A model generated the notes under the pieces. That model had not been told where the DNA came from. It did not search any database and worked only from the letters and a program-made list of their open reading frames with translations. Positions 51,843-63,419 of a stretch of DNA of 64,000 bases are shown here, piece after piece. The stretch is from Dehalococcoidia bacterium (GTDB lineage Bacteria; Chloroflexota; Dehalococcoidia; UBA2979), in NCBI GenBank assembly GCA_965219085.1, contig OZ244720.1:2304001-2368000 (forward strand). The letters are read 5' to 3'. The position numbers were made by a program, and so were the translations under genes. The stretch's first letter is position 1, and each line of letters opens with the position of its first letter.

Positions 51843-52267
51843 GCGTGCCGCCGCCGGAGCCACGAAGTGTGCGCGGGCAGCCCGCGCGGCCGTACCAACT
51901 GCGGCTCGACGCCGAGCGCGTTGGCACGCTGCTCGGCGCGGTGGCGTGGGTGCTCGGGGCGCTCGAGATCATGCGCGACCGCGGCCACGCCGAGGCGAGC
52001 GAGGAGTTCCACGAGCTGCAGGAGCAGCTCAAGCCGCGGCTGGAGTTGATGCTCATGAACGTCGCGGCGGCGCGGCAGGCGGTCGAAGACGAGGCGGACC
52101 CGGAGCTCGCCCAGCGCGTCGAGGCGGCCTACGCGCAGGTCCGCGAGGCGTTCGAGCGCTGGATCACCCTCACCGCTTCGGACACCGCGAGCGTGGCCAT
52201 CGGCCAGCGGCTGGCGGAGCTCGTCGATGACGCCGATGACGCCGGCGAGGCGGACGCGCAGACGTAG
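51839..52267 (+). CDS. Hypothetical helical protein
   Basis: GTGA overlap with the ROK gene; host-like codon usage. Confidence 0.6.
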   Translation: MSVPPPEPRSVRGQPARPYQLRLDAERVGTLLGAVAWVLGALEIMRDRGHAEASEEFHELQEQLKPRLELMLMNVAAARQAVEDEADPELAQRVEAAYAQVREAFERWITLTASDTASVAIGQRLAELVDDADDAGEADAQT

Positions 52268-52300
52268 CGCCCGGCCGCACGAGTTCCTCGATAGCCTGTG

Positions 52301-54019
52301 TCAGTGGCCGACGTAGCGTGAGGCGAGCGGGTAGCGGCGGTCGCGGCCGAAGGCGCGCGGCGTGATCTTTACCCCCGGCGGCGACTGCCGCCGCTTGTAC
52401 TCGTTGCGGTTGATGAGGTCGATCACGCGGCGCACGATCGCCGGCTCGTAGCCGCCGCCCACGATCTCCTCGAACGACGCGTCATCCTCGACGTACGCCT
52501 CGATGATCGGGTCGAGCACCTCGTACGGCGGCAGCGAGTCGGTGTCGAGCTGGTCGGGGCGGAGCTCGGCCGAGGGCGGCTTGTCGATGACGACCTGCGG
52601 GATCACCTCGCCGCGGGTGTTGCGGTGGCGCGAGAGCGCGTAGGCGAGGGTCTTCGGCACGTCCTTGATGACCGCGAAGCCGCCGGCCATGTCGCCGTAG
52701 AGCGTTGCGTAGCCGCAGGCGTACTCGGACTTGTTGCCCGTGGTGAACACGAGCGTCCCGAACTTGTTCGACAGCGCCATGACGAGCATGCCGCGCAGCC
52801 GCGACTGCAGGTTCTCCTCCGCCGTGCCCTCGGCCGTCCCCTCGAACGGCCGCGCGAGCGTATCGAGGGCGGCCTGGTGCAGCGCCTCGATCGGCATCGT
52901 GATCAACTCGATGCCGAGCCGGTCCGCGAGGTCCTGCGCGTCGGCGATCGAGCCCTCCGAGGAGTAGCGCGATGGCAGCGAGACGCCGCGCACGTGCTCC
53001 GGCCCGAGCGCGTCGACCGCCACGGCAGCCACGAGCGAGGAGTCGATGCCGCCGGAGAGCGCGACGATCGCGTCCTCAAACCCGCTCTTGCGGGTGTAGT
53101 CGCGGGTGCCGACGACGAGCGCGTCGTAGGTCTCGGCAAGGGGATCCGGCGGTTCGAGTTCCGTCGGCGGCGCCGGCAGTCGGTCGGCGTCGGAGGCGCC
53201 GGTGATGTGCAGTGGCGGGGCGGGCTCGACGGCGTGGCGCTCGCGGCGCAGCCGCGACTCGTGGAGCCGCACCTGCCGCACCTCGTCGACCGGGATGTCG
53301 GCGACCACGAGGTCCTCGCGCATGGAGGCGCCGCGGGCGAGCACCGACCCACGCGCGTCGATGACGAGCGAGTTGCCGTCGAACACCAGCTCATCCTGCC
53401 CGCCGACCTGGTTCACGTAGGCGATCGCGATGTGGTCGTCGGTGGCGCGGGTGGCGAGCATGCGCTCGCGCTCGCGCGTCTTGCCGGCGTGGAACGGCGA
53501 GGCGTTGATGTTCACGATCACCTCGGCGCCGTCGAGCGCGGCGTCGTGGGCGGGGCCGTCGGCGTACCAGATGTCCTCGCACACCGTCACGGCCACCTCG
53601 ACGCCGCCGATGAGGAAGCGAGGCGTCTCGCGGCCGGGGTGGAAGTAGCGCTGCTCGTCGAACACGCCGTAGTTGGGGAGGCGGTGCTTGCGGTAGCGCG
53701 CGGCGATCGCCCCTTCGTGGACGATGGCGGCGCTGTTATAGAGCACGCCGTCGAACTCCACGCACCCGACGACGAGCGGCGGCAGCCCCTCGGCGTCGCG
53801 CGCGAGGGCGGCGAGCGCGGCCTCGGCCTCGTCGATGAACGGCGCGCGTACCAGCAGGTCCTCGGGCGGGTAGCCGGTCACGGCCAGCTCCGGGAAGGCG
53901 ACGAGGTCGGTGTCGAGCGCCGCGGCGCGGCGCGCGGCGTCGAGGATGCGTGCGCGGTTGCCGTCGAAGTCGCCGACGGTGGTGTTGATCTGCGCGAGTC
54001 CCACCCGCATGTGCCGCAT
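52301..54019 (-). CDS. nadE: Glutamine-dependent NAD+ synthetase
   Basis: FPELAVTGYPPEDL; LPNYGVFDE; CEDIW; LSGGIDS; TGNKSE; PSAELRP; EYKRRQ. Confidence 0.96.
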   Translation of the reverse strand: MRHMRVGLAQINTTVGDFDGNRARILDAARRAAALDTDLVAFPELAVTGYPPEDLLVRAPFIDEAEAALAALARDAEGLPPLVVGCVEFDGVLYNSAAIVHEGAIAARYRKHRLPNYGVFDEQRYFHPGRETPRFLIGGVEVAVTVCEDIWYADGPAHDAALDGAEVIVNINASPFHAGKTRERERMLATRATDDHIAIAYVNQVGGQDELVFDGNSLVIDARGSVLARGASMREDLVVADIPVDEVRQVRLHESRLRRERHAVEPAPPLHITGASDADRLPAPPTELEPPDPLAETYDALVVGTRDYTRKSGFEDAIVALSGGIDSSLVAAVAVDALGPEHVRGVSLPSRYSSEGSIADAQDLADRLGIELITMPIEALHQAALDTLARPFEGTAEGTAEENLQSRLRGMLVMALSNKFGTLVFTTGNKSEYACGYATLYGDMAGGFAVIKDVPKTLAYALSRHRNTRGEVIPQVVIDKPPSAELRPDQLDTDSLPPYEVLDPIIEAYVEDDASFEEIVGGGYEPAIVRRVIDLINRNEYKRRQSPPGVKITPRAFGRDRRYPLASRYVGH

Positions 54020-54217
54020 CGCCGCTCCGTCCGTCGAGAAAGCGTACGAGGTACGCGAACTCCACGCGCCTGATCGTACGCGATGCCGTCGCGCTGCCGC
54101 AACGCGCCCCCGCACGCCCCGCGTTGCCGTCGGCGACCCTCCGAGGGGGACGCGCTATCCTCGTGGCGCGCATGCTGGCGGTCTCGTGGCGGCCTCGCGC
54201 GGAAGGCGGGTGCAGGC

Positions 54218-55159
54218 GTGCACATCGACGTGACCGGATGGCTCCTCGAGGCTTCGGTGGTCGCGCACGAGGGCACCCACGCCGGGCAGAGCATCTGGGA
54301 GCGCTGGCACTTCGACCCCGAGCTGGTCATCCCGGTCGTGCTGCTCACCGGCCTCTACCTGCGAGGGCTCTGGGTGTGGCGTAACCGCACCCGTCAGCAC
54401 CCGCGCTGGCGCACCGCTTGCTACCTGCTGGGCATGTTCGGGCTCCTCGCGTCCGTCGAGTCGCCCCTCGACGCCGCTGCCGAGCACCACTTCTCGATGC
54501 ACATGATCCAGCACGAGATCCTCATGATGCTCGTGGCGCCGCTGATCCTGCTCGGAGCGCCGACGACCCCGGTGCTGCGAGGCATCCCGCGCGGCGTGCG
54601 GCGTCGCTTCGTCCGTCCGGTCGTGCGCCGGCGCGAGGTCTATGTCCTGTACCGCCTCGTCACGCACCCGGTCGTGGCGCTCGCGACCTTCACCGCCGTG
54701 CTGGGGCTGTGGCACTTCGCGCCCGGCTGGTACGACGCCGCGATCCGGGACGACTTCGTCCACGACGTGCAGCACTTCTCCTTCACGCTCGTCGGCGTGC
54801 TGATCTGGTGGAACGTCATCGACCCGAAGCCGCTGCGGTCGCGGCTCGGCTACGTGGGGCGGATGGGGTTCCTGGTGGTGGCGAGCACGCCGAAGTCGTT
54901 CCTCGGCGCGGTCATCGTCTTCGCCGAGGCCCCGCTGTACCAATTCTGGTCCGAGGTCGAACCGCTGTTCGCGCTCACGCCGCTCGAGGACCAGGAGCTG
55001 GGTGGCCTGCTGATGTGGGTACCGAGCCAGATGATGTTCCTGCTCGCCCTGGGCGTGGTGTTCGCGGTGTGGGCGCAGAAGTCCGAGGAGCGCCAGCGCA
55101 TCGAGGACGAAGCGCGCCTCGCCGCCACACAGGCCGCCTCGTCGGGCTCGGGCGGCTAA
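54218..55159 (+). CDS. ctaG: Cytochrome c oxidase assembly factor CtaG (Caa3_CtaG family)
   Basis: FSMHMIQH...APLILLG; WHFAP; HDVQH; DQELGGLLMW. Confidence 0.85.
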   Translation: MHIDVTGWLLEASVVAHEGTHAGQSIWERWHFDPELVIPVVLLTGLYLRGLWVWRNRTRQHPRWRTACYLLGMFGLLASVESPLDAAAEHHFSMHMIQHEILMMLVAPLILLGAPTTPVLRGIPRGVRRRFVRPVVRRREVYVLYRLVTHPVVALATFTAVLGLWHFAPGWYDAAIRDDFVHDVQHFSFTLVGVLIWWNVIDPKPLRSRLGYVGRMGFLVVASTPKSFLGAVIVFAEAPLYQFWSEVEPLFALTPLEDQELGGLLMWVPSQMMFLLALGVVFAVWAQKSEERQRIEDEARLAATQAASSGSGG

Positions 55160-55303
55160 GCCCCGCGCACTCGCAGTCTTTCCGTCATCACGTCGTCCAG
55201 GCGCCAACGAGGCGCGACGACTCGAGCGCCGTCGCGCGCCGGCCGCCCGCAGACACGTATCTCGTTCAGCCTCTCGGGGCATCGGATGGCCCGGGGCAGC
55301 CAA

Positions 55304-55325
55304 GAGGCCCGCTTGCGCGGGCCTC
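55304..55325. terminator. Hairpin between convergent ctaG and the cox operon
   Basis: GAGGCCCGC-TTGC-GCGGGCCTC. Confidence 0.5.
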
Positions 55326-55361
55326 GAGCGTGGGTGAGCCGTCCCCCCGTGGGGGAGTGGA

Positions 55362-55682
55362 CTAGATGATGTCGGTGATGTCCGTCCAGAAGAGCGCGAT
55401 CAGCGCGATGAGGACGCCGCCGGCGAGCACGAACGATCCGGTGAACACCTGGCTGAGCAGCCGGTGCTCGAACCGCAGGTGCATGTAGAACGCCACCACG
55501 ATCACGAACTTGACCGCCGAAAGGATGATCAGGAGCGGGATCAGGGCGTTGCCGAGGTCCACCCAGAGCGAGGCGGCCAACTCGGCGACGGTGATGGCGG
55601 TGAGGAGGACGCCGATCCAGACGTACTGCATCGGCTGGAGGCCATGTTCCTCCTCGACGCCTTGATCGCTATGCATGCTCAT
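55362..55682 (-). CDS. ctaF: Cytochrome c oxidase subunit IV
   Basis: Three TM helices; KF..VV.FYMHLRFE; last gene of the operon. Confidence 0.85.
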   Translation of the reverse strand: MSMHSDQGVEEEHGLQPMQYVWIGVLLTAITVAELAASLWVDLGNALIPLLIILSAVKFVIVVAFYMHLRFEHRLLSQVFTGSFVLAGGVLIALIALFWTDITDII

Positions 55683-55710
55683 CGAGCGCTCCCGTCCCTG
55701 CTCGGCGCGC

Positions 55711-56421
55711 TTACGCCGGGATGAGGTACAGGACCGTGAAGATCACGATCCAGACGATGTCGACGAAGTGCCAGTACAGCCCCGCGATCTCCACCTGGAA
55801 GCCCGGCTCGGAGCCCAGCCCCCGGCGGCGGAATGAACCCAGCAGCAGCGAGCCGAGGATGATCACGCCGACCGCGACGTGGGTGCCGTGGAATCCCGTC
55901 AGCACGAAGAACGAGGCTCCGAACTGGCTTGTTTCGAGCGTCAGCCCTTCCTGCCCGAACGTGCGGAACTCGAAGACCTGGTAGCCGAGGAACATCACGC
56001 CCAGCAGCATCGTGACGAGCAGCCAGAACTTCATCATCATCGGCCGGTTGTGCTGCGCCCCGTAGACCGCGAGCACCATGGCGACACTGCTCATGAGCAG
56101 GACGAACGTGCTCTGCGAGGTCAGCGGGATGTCGAAGATGCCCTCGCAGACCGAGATGCCGGCCTCGGCTGCCGGGTGGCAGAAGTGCGAAGCCACCTCG
56201 CTGACATCGCCGCTGGCGATGGCCGCCTCGAGGGTCGCGGTGACGACGTGGGTCTCGCTCGGGAAGGGCGGGAGGGTGATCTCGCCCTTGAAGATCAGGT
56301 AGGTCGCGATTAGCGAGCCGAAGAAGAGGCACTCCGAGCCGAGGAAGATCCACATCAGGAGCTTCCGGCTGTCGATGCCAGTGGTGGTGTGGTGCTCTAC
56401 TTGGTGTTCGGCTGCTGCCAC
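55711..56421 (-). CDS. ctaE: Cytochrome c oxidase subunit III
   Basis: WIFLGSEC; TGFHGTHV; LYWHFVDIVW. Confidence 0.93.
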   Translation of the reverse strand: MAAAEHQVEHHTTTGIDSRKLLMWIFLGSECLFFGSLIATYLIFKGEITLPPFPSETHVVTATLEAAIASGDVSEVASHFCHPAAEAGISVCEGIFDIPLTSQSTFVLLMSSVAMVLAVYGAQHNRPMMMKFWLLVTMLLGVMFLGYQVFEFRTFGQEGLTLETSQFGASFFVLTGFHGTHVAVGVIILGSLLLGSFRRRGLGSEPGFQVEIAGLYWHFVDIVWIVIFTVLYLIPA

Positions 56422-56441
56422 GAGGTGTTCCGTTCCCGGTT

Positions 56442-58241
<1,800 letters not shown>

Positions 58242-58282
58242 CTTCGGTGCCTTCCGCTACGGCCGCCTGGTGCGGCGCGCGG

Positions 58283-59344
58283 CTACTTCAGCTCGCTGAG
58301 GTACTGGGCGATAGCCCGGATGTCCTCGGCTGAGATCTCTTCCTCGAACGGCCGCATGAACCGGAGCGGCTGGTCCTTGTCGGTGATGTCGTTCTCGGGG
58401 TTGATGCCCGGCTTGACCTCACCAGGGTTGCTGATCCACTTCACGAGGTTCTCGATGTTGTTGTCGAGGATACCCGCGGCGATGGTCTGGCGGCTGCCGA
58501 CGTGCGTCAGGTCCGGGCCGAAGTCGGCGATGCTCGCCGCCGTGCCGCGGACAGTGTGGCACTCCGCGCAGCGCACCACGAACAGGGTCGCGCCGAGTTG
58601 GCCAAGCTCCGAGGTGGGCTCCACGGCGTCGGCGAGCTCGTTCGCTGCCCACGCGTCGAACTCCTCGGCGGTGTGCACGAAGACGCGGAAGCGCATGTTG
58701 GCATGCGAGGCGCCGCAGAACTCGAAGCACTGCCCGAGGAAGGCGCCCTCCTGCACGGTGTTCGGTGTGAACCACAGGTCGTTCTCGTGGCCGGGGACCA
58801 TGTCCACCTTGCCGACCAGCTGCGGAATCCAGAACGAGTGGATGACGTCGTCGGAGTAGAGCTTCACGTGGACCGGCTGGTCCACCTCGAGGTGCAGCTC
58901 GTTGGCGGTGGTGATGCCGAGCTCGGGGTACTTGAACTCGAACCACCACTGCTTGCCGGTCGCCTCGACCACCATCGAGCCCTCGGGCGGAGAGTCTGTG
59001 GTGTCGGCGATGACTTGCCAGGTGGGGACGAGCATCACGAGCACGATGGCGACGGGGATGATCGTCCACAGCACCTCGAGCCGGGTGTTGCCGTGGATCT
59101 GGTTCGCCACACGGCCAGGGCGCTCGCGGTAGCGCACGGCGAGCCAGAGCGTGATGAGCATGATCGCGACGAACACGAACATGGAGAGCCAGAAGACGAT
59201 CTCGTAGACGCCCTGGATGGCCTCCGCGACGTCAGACTTCGGCTCGATGGTGGTCAGTGGGTCGGAGCAGGAGGCGAGCAGCACCATCGGTGCCGCCGCT
59301 ACGAGGATCAGTAGTCGACGCGCCCAACGTTGGGAGATGCGCAA
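58283..59344 (-). CDS. ctaC: Cytochrome c oxidase subunit II with fused cytochrome c (caa3 type)
   Basis: Lipobox LASC; QWWFEF; DVIHSFW; CFEFCGASHANM CuA site; CAECH heme motif; TTG start after GAGGAGG. Confidence 0.93.
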   Translation of the reverse strand: MRISQRWARRLLILVAAAPMVLLASCSDPLTTIEPKSDVAEAIQGVYEIVFWLSMFVFVAIMLITLWLAVRYRERPGRVANQIHGNTRLEVLWTIIPVAIVLVMLVPTWQVIADTTDSPPEGSMVVEATGKQWWFEFKYPELGITTANELHLEVDQPVHVKLYSDDVIHSFWIPQLVGKVDMVPGHENDLWFTPNTVQEGAFLGQCFEFCGASHANMRFRVFVHTAEEFDAWAANELADAVEPTSELGQLGATLFVVRCAECHTVRGTAASIADFGPDLTHVGSRQTIAAGILDNNIENLVKWISNPGEVKPGINPENDITDKDQPLRFMRPFEEEISAEDIRAIAQYLSELK

Positions 59345-59586
59345 CAGGGCCTCCTCGCTCACTCGGCACGCGCCCCGATACCCGTGCGCCGGTGCGCCGG
59401 TGCGCCGGTATCGTAACGCCGCGTGGCGGGCTCCGCACGGCGCAGTCCCCCTGCGCCTCGGTACGATTATCATCGGGCCGATCAGTGGTCAAGGCCGCCG
59501 ACCCCCTGATCCGGGGATCCGAGCCCCTCCCGACCGCCCTGATCGTTGATCGCCGCACCCGCGGCGACTAGCCTCAATGACGGCTT

Positions 59587-60144
59587 ATGGCAACGATCCT
59601 CCGCGCAATCCAGGGCCGTCTGCTCGTGATCGCCACCGGCGCGGGCCTGCTCGCGCTCCTCGCGACGCTCGTCATCGCCATGACCCGGGATGTCGGCCAG
59701 GAACGCCTCGGCGACGTGGACCCCGGCATCGAGCGGGTCCGCGCGTTCACGCTCCCCACCCTCGACGGCGAGCGCGTGGCCATCGCCGACTACGCCGACG
59801 GGCCGGTCTTCGTCTACTTCTGGGCGTCGTGGTGCGCCCCGTGCGCGAGCGAGGCGCCGCTGATCGAGCGGCTCTGGGCCGAGTACGAACCGCAGGGCTA
59901 CACCTTCATCGGGATCAACATCCTCGACAGCGAGCGTGGCGCGCGGGAGTTCGTCGAACGGCACGGGCTGACCTTCCCGATGATGATCGATGGGGACGGC
60001 GACGTGTATTTTGACTTCGGCGTGAACGGCGTCCCCGAAGCCTACTTCCTCCAGCCGGGCCTCGACGTGACGCGCAAGTACATCGGCGAGCTCCGAGAGC
60101 AGGACTTCCGCGACATGCTCGAAGATATCCGGCCGGTCTCGTGA
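59587..60144 (+). CDS. TlpA/ResA/CcmG-like thioredoxin
   Basis: TM anchor; FWASWCAPC; GVPE. Confidence 0.9.
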   Translation: MATILRAIQGRLLVIATGAGLLALLATLVIAMTRDVGQERLGDVDPGIERVRAFTLPTLDGERVAIADYADGPVFVYFWASWCAPCASEAPLIERLWAEYEPQGYTFIGINILDSERGAREFVERHGLTFPMMIDGDGDVYFDFGVNGVPEAYFLQPGLDVTRKYIGELREQDFRDMLEDIRPVS

Positions 60145-60608
60145 ACCGCGCAGCGCTCGGACGGCTGCTCGGGAGCACGCGCGCGCGGCTCGTCGCCGTG
60201 CTCGCCCTCGCGACGATCGTGATCGGCGTGCTCGCCGTGCAGGCCGCGGACTCGTCGCTGTCCTACTACGTCACGCCCGAGGAGTTCGCGCAGGAGATCG
60301 ACACCGAGGGTCGGCGCTGGCGCGTCGGCGGGCGCGTGGTCGACGGCTCGATCGTCGAGGACGAGCGCGGCCGCCCCATCGCGTGGGTGGTCGAGGGCGA
60401 GCAGGGTGACCGGATGGAGATCACCATCGCCGACGCCGGCGTGGTGATCCCCGACCTGTTCAGCCCGCGCGCCTTCGTCGTCGTGGAGGGCGTGGCGGCC
60501 GCGGCGGGCCGCCTCGAGGCGTCGAGCGTGATCGTGCGGCACGAGCCGGAGTTCGTGACGGACCCCGACGACGCCTCGATCGCCGCGCCCGATTCCTCCG
60601 AGGAGTGA
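60141..60608 (+). CDS. ccmE: Cytochrome c maturation heme chaperone CcmE
   Basis: YYVTP; RVGG.V..GS; PDLF...VVVEG; C-terminal HEPEF. Confidence 0.82.
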   Translation: MNRAALGRLLGSTRARLVAVLALATIVIGVLAVQAADSSLSYYVTPEEFAQEIDTEGRRWRVGGRVVDGSIVEDERGRPIAWVVEGEQGDRMEITIADAGVVIPDLFSPRAFVVVEGVAAAAGRLEASSVIVRHEPEFVTDPDDASIAAPDSSEE

Positions 60609-62617
60609 TGAACCTCGTCGCCACGCTCGGCGCGTCGGCGCTGCTGACGGCGCTGGCAGCGTCGTTGTTCGCCGTCGGCGCAGCGGTGTTGGGCCAGCGA
60701 CTCGCGCGACCATCGCTGATCGCGGCGGCGCGGCGCGCCATCGTCGTCACCGCGGCGCTGACGACGCTCGCGATTGGTGTGGTCGCGTACGCGCTGCTGA
60801 CGGACGACTTCTCGATCGCCCACGTCGTGGCGGTGTCGTCGCGCGACATGCTGCCGCACATGAAGTGGGCCGCGCTCTACAGCGGGCAGCCCGGCTCGTT
60901 GCTGTTCTGGACGTGGCTGCTCTCGCTCATGCTCGCGGCGTTTGCGCTGCTCACTGTGCCGCGCATCCCCTGGGGGGCCGCACACGCCACGGCGGCAAGC
61001 GGCGCGATCCTCGCGGCGTTCCTCGTGCCGGCCGTCTTCCTCGCCTCACCGTTCGAGGTGAGCGCGGTCACACCCGAGGATGGGGTGGGGCTCAACCCGC
61101 TGCTCGTCGACCCGGCGATGCTGGTGCACCCGCCGTTCATGCTCGCCGGGCTCGTGAGCACCGCCGTGCCGTTCGCGCTGGGCGCGGCGGCGCTGCTCTC
61201 CGGGCGCATCGACGGACGCTGGATCCGCGCCGTGCGCCCGTGGGCGCTCTGGTCGTGGCTGCTGCTCAGCGTCGGTAACATCCTCGGCGCGTGGTGGGCG
61301 TACACGACGCTCGGGTGGGGCGGCTTCTGGGGCTGGGACCCGGTCGAGAACTCGGCGATCCTGCCGCTCCTGCCGATGACCGCCTTCGTGCACTCGCTCA
61401 TGGTCCAGGAGCGCCGGGGGATGCTGAAGCTGTGGAACCTCGCGCTCGTCTTCGCCGCCTTCGCGCTCGCCGTGTTCGGCACCTTCAACGTCCGCAGCGG
61501 CCTCGTGGCCTCCGTGCATTCGTTCGCGCTGTCCGACGTGGGCCCGTACTTCCTCGTGGTGTTGGCGGCCACGCTCGTGGCGTCGATCGTGCTGCTGGGC
61601 TGGCGCAGCGGGCGGCTGCGCGCGGACCACGACTTCGATTCGCTCGCGTCACGGGAGAGCTCACTCATCGTCAACAACTACCTGTTCACGATCGGAGCGC
61701 TCGTCATCCTCGGCGCGACGCTCTTCCCGGTGTTCTCGGAACTCGTCGAGGGCGCCCGCATCACGGTCTCCGCGCCGTTCTACAACGACGTCATCGGGCC
61801 GCTCGTGATCGCGCTGCTCGCGCTCATCGCCGTCGGGACCGTGCTGCCGTGGCGGCGCGCGGCGGGCACGACGCTGATCCGTCGCTTCCGCGTCCCGCTC
61901 GCCGTGCTCGCCGGCAGCGCCGCGGTGCTCGCCGCACTCGGCATGCACGACCGCTTCGCGCTCGCCGCGGTCAGCGTCTCGATCGCGCTCGGCTACGTCA
62001 CGCTGCGCGAGTTCGCGATCGGCGCGCGCGGGCGGCGCGCGGCTGGGGGGCGCAGTTGGCCCGCGGCGCTGCTCGCGCTGTTCAGGCGCGACCGACGCCG
62101 CTACGGCGGGTACCTCGTGCACCTCGGGGTGGCGATGATGGCGGTCGCCGCCGTCAGCGCGAACGTCTACCAGGCGCAGTCGCGCGGCATCGTCGCGCCG
62201 GGCGCGTCGTTCGAGGTCGGCGGCTACAGCGTGGAGTTCGAGGGCCTGCGCGAGCGCGCGGGCACGGCGAACGGCATCGAGACCGAGGTGCTCGCGTCGC
62301 TCACCGTGCGCCGCGACGGCGAGACGGTCACCACGCTCGCGCCTGGTCGGCGCTTCTTCCGCAACTTCCCCGACCAGCCGATGGCGATGGTCGATGTCGA
62401 CACGGGGTGGCGTGAGGACATCTACGTGTTCCTGCAGGGATGGGACGAGGAGGGCGTGGCGGAGATCAACGCATTCGTGAACCCGCTCATGGCGTGGCTG
62501 TGGATCGGTGCGGGTGTCTACGTCCTCGGCGGCATCGTCGTGTTCGCCCCGCAGCCCGCGCGCGAGCGGGCGCCCGTGCCGGCCGTGCCCCCCTCGGGCG
62601 CGACGCGGAGTGCGTGA
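60608..62617 (+). CDS. ccmF: Cytochrome c heme lyase CcmF
   Basis: GSLLFW; GLNPLL; HPP; WWAY..LGWGGFWGWDPVEN; SVHSFA; YGGYLVH. Confidence 0.96.
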   Translation: MNLVATLGASALLTALAASLFAVGAAVLGQRLARPSLIAAARRAIVVTAALTTLAIGVVAYALLTDDFSIAHVVAVSSRDMLPHMKWAALYSGQPGSLLFWTWLLSLMLAAFALLTVPRIPWGAAHATAASGAILAAFLVPAVFLASPFEVSAVTPEDGVGLNPLLVDPAMLVHPPFMLAGLVSTAVPFALGAAALLSGRIDGRWIRAVRPWALWSWLLLSVGNILGAWWAYTTLGWGGFWGWDPVENSAILPLLPMTAFVHSLMVQERRGMLKLWNLALVFAAFALAVFGTFNVRSGLVASVHSFALSDVGPYFLVVLAATLVASIVLLGWRSGRLRADHDFDSLASRESSLIVNNYLFTIGALVILGATLFPVFSELVEGARITVSAPFYNDVIGPLVIALLALIAVGTVLPWRRAAGTTLIRRFRVPLAVLAGSAAVLAALGMHDRFALAAVSVSIALGYVTLREFAIGARGRRAAGGRSWPAALLALFRRDRRRYGGYLVHLGVAMMAVAAVSANVYQAQSRGIVAPGASFEVGGYSVEFEGLRERAGTANGIETEVLASLTVRRDGETVTTLAPGRRFFRNFPDQPMAMVDVDTGWREDIYVFLQGWDEEGVAEINAFVNPLMAWLWIGAGVYVLGGIVVFAPQPARERAPVPAVPPSGATRSA

Positions 62618-63135
62618 CGATGCACGTGGCGCTCCGCGTCGTCCTCGGAGCGCTTGCCGCGGCGGTCGTCGCTGCCCTCGCTGCCACATGGGCGACCGGC
62701 TCCCTCGACACGCTCAGGCGCGCGGATGCGCAGGACTTCGAGGCGCAGGCGCTGCAGATCGAGCAGCAGCTGATGTGCCCGCGCTGCATCAACGTCCGCC
62801 TCGACCACTGCGAGCTGACGATCTGCCAGGACATGCGGGCCGAGATCCGCGACCAGCTCGCGGCCGGGCGCGGCGGCGACGACATCCTGCTCTACTTCTC
62901 GGACCGCTTCGGCGACGTGGTGCTCGCCGAATTGCCGCGCGAGGGCTTCAATCTCTGGCTCTTCGGCTGGGTGGGCGGCTCGATCCTGCTCGTCGCGGTC
63001 CTCGGCGCAGCGGCCCTGTGGCGGATGCGGCGCGGCGCGACGCTCGCACCGGCGGGAGCGGGCGGCGCCCTCGACGCGTCCGAGGAGCGCTGGCTGGACG
63101 AGCAGCTGCGCAGGACGGCGGAGAGGCGCGACTGA
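62614..63135 (+). CDS. ccmH: Cytochrome c biogenesis protein CcmH
   Basis: LMCPRC; MRAEIR; YFSDRFG.VVL. Confidence 0.85.
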   Translation: MTMHVALRVVLGALAAAVVAALAATWATGSLDTLRRADAQDFEAQALQIEQQLMCPRCINVRLDHCELTICQDMRAEIRDQLAAGRGGDDILLYFSDRFGDVVLAELPREGFNLWLFGWVGGSILLVAVLGAAALWRMRRGATLAPAGAGGALDASEERWLDEQLRRTAERRD

Positions 63136-63419
63136 TGGAGTGGCTGGTGCTCGCGCTGTTCGCCGCCCTCGCCGCGGCGGTCATCGGCCTGCCGCTCCTG
63201 CGCCCCCGCGAGGCCGCGCTCGAGGGCGTTGACGGCGCCGAGCTGGTCGAGGAGCGCCGCACCCTGGTCGCCGAACTGCGCGAGCTCGACGACGACGTGG
63301 CGAGCGGCCGCATCTCCGCCGACGAGCGGCGCGATGGCCGGCGCGCCCTCGCGCCACGTCTGCGCGCCGTCACCGAGGCGCTGCGCGACGCGGGCCTCGA
63401 TCCGCGCGGCGGCGCGTGA
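63135..63419 (+). CDS. Small membrane protein resembling the CcmI/CycH N-terminus
   Basis: TM helix then LRELDDD...GRIS; translationally coupled to ccmH. Confidence 0.55.
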   Translation: MEWLVLALFAALAAAVIGLPLLRPREAALEGVDGAELVEERRTLVAELRELDDDVASGRISADERRDGRRALAPRLRAVTEALRDAGLDPRGGA

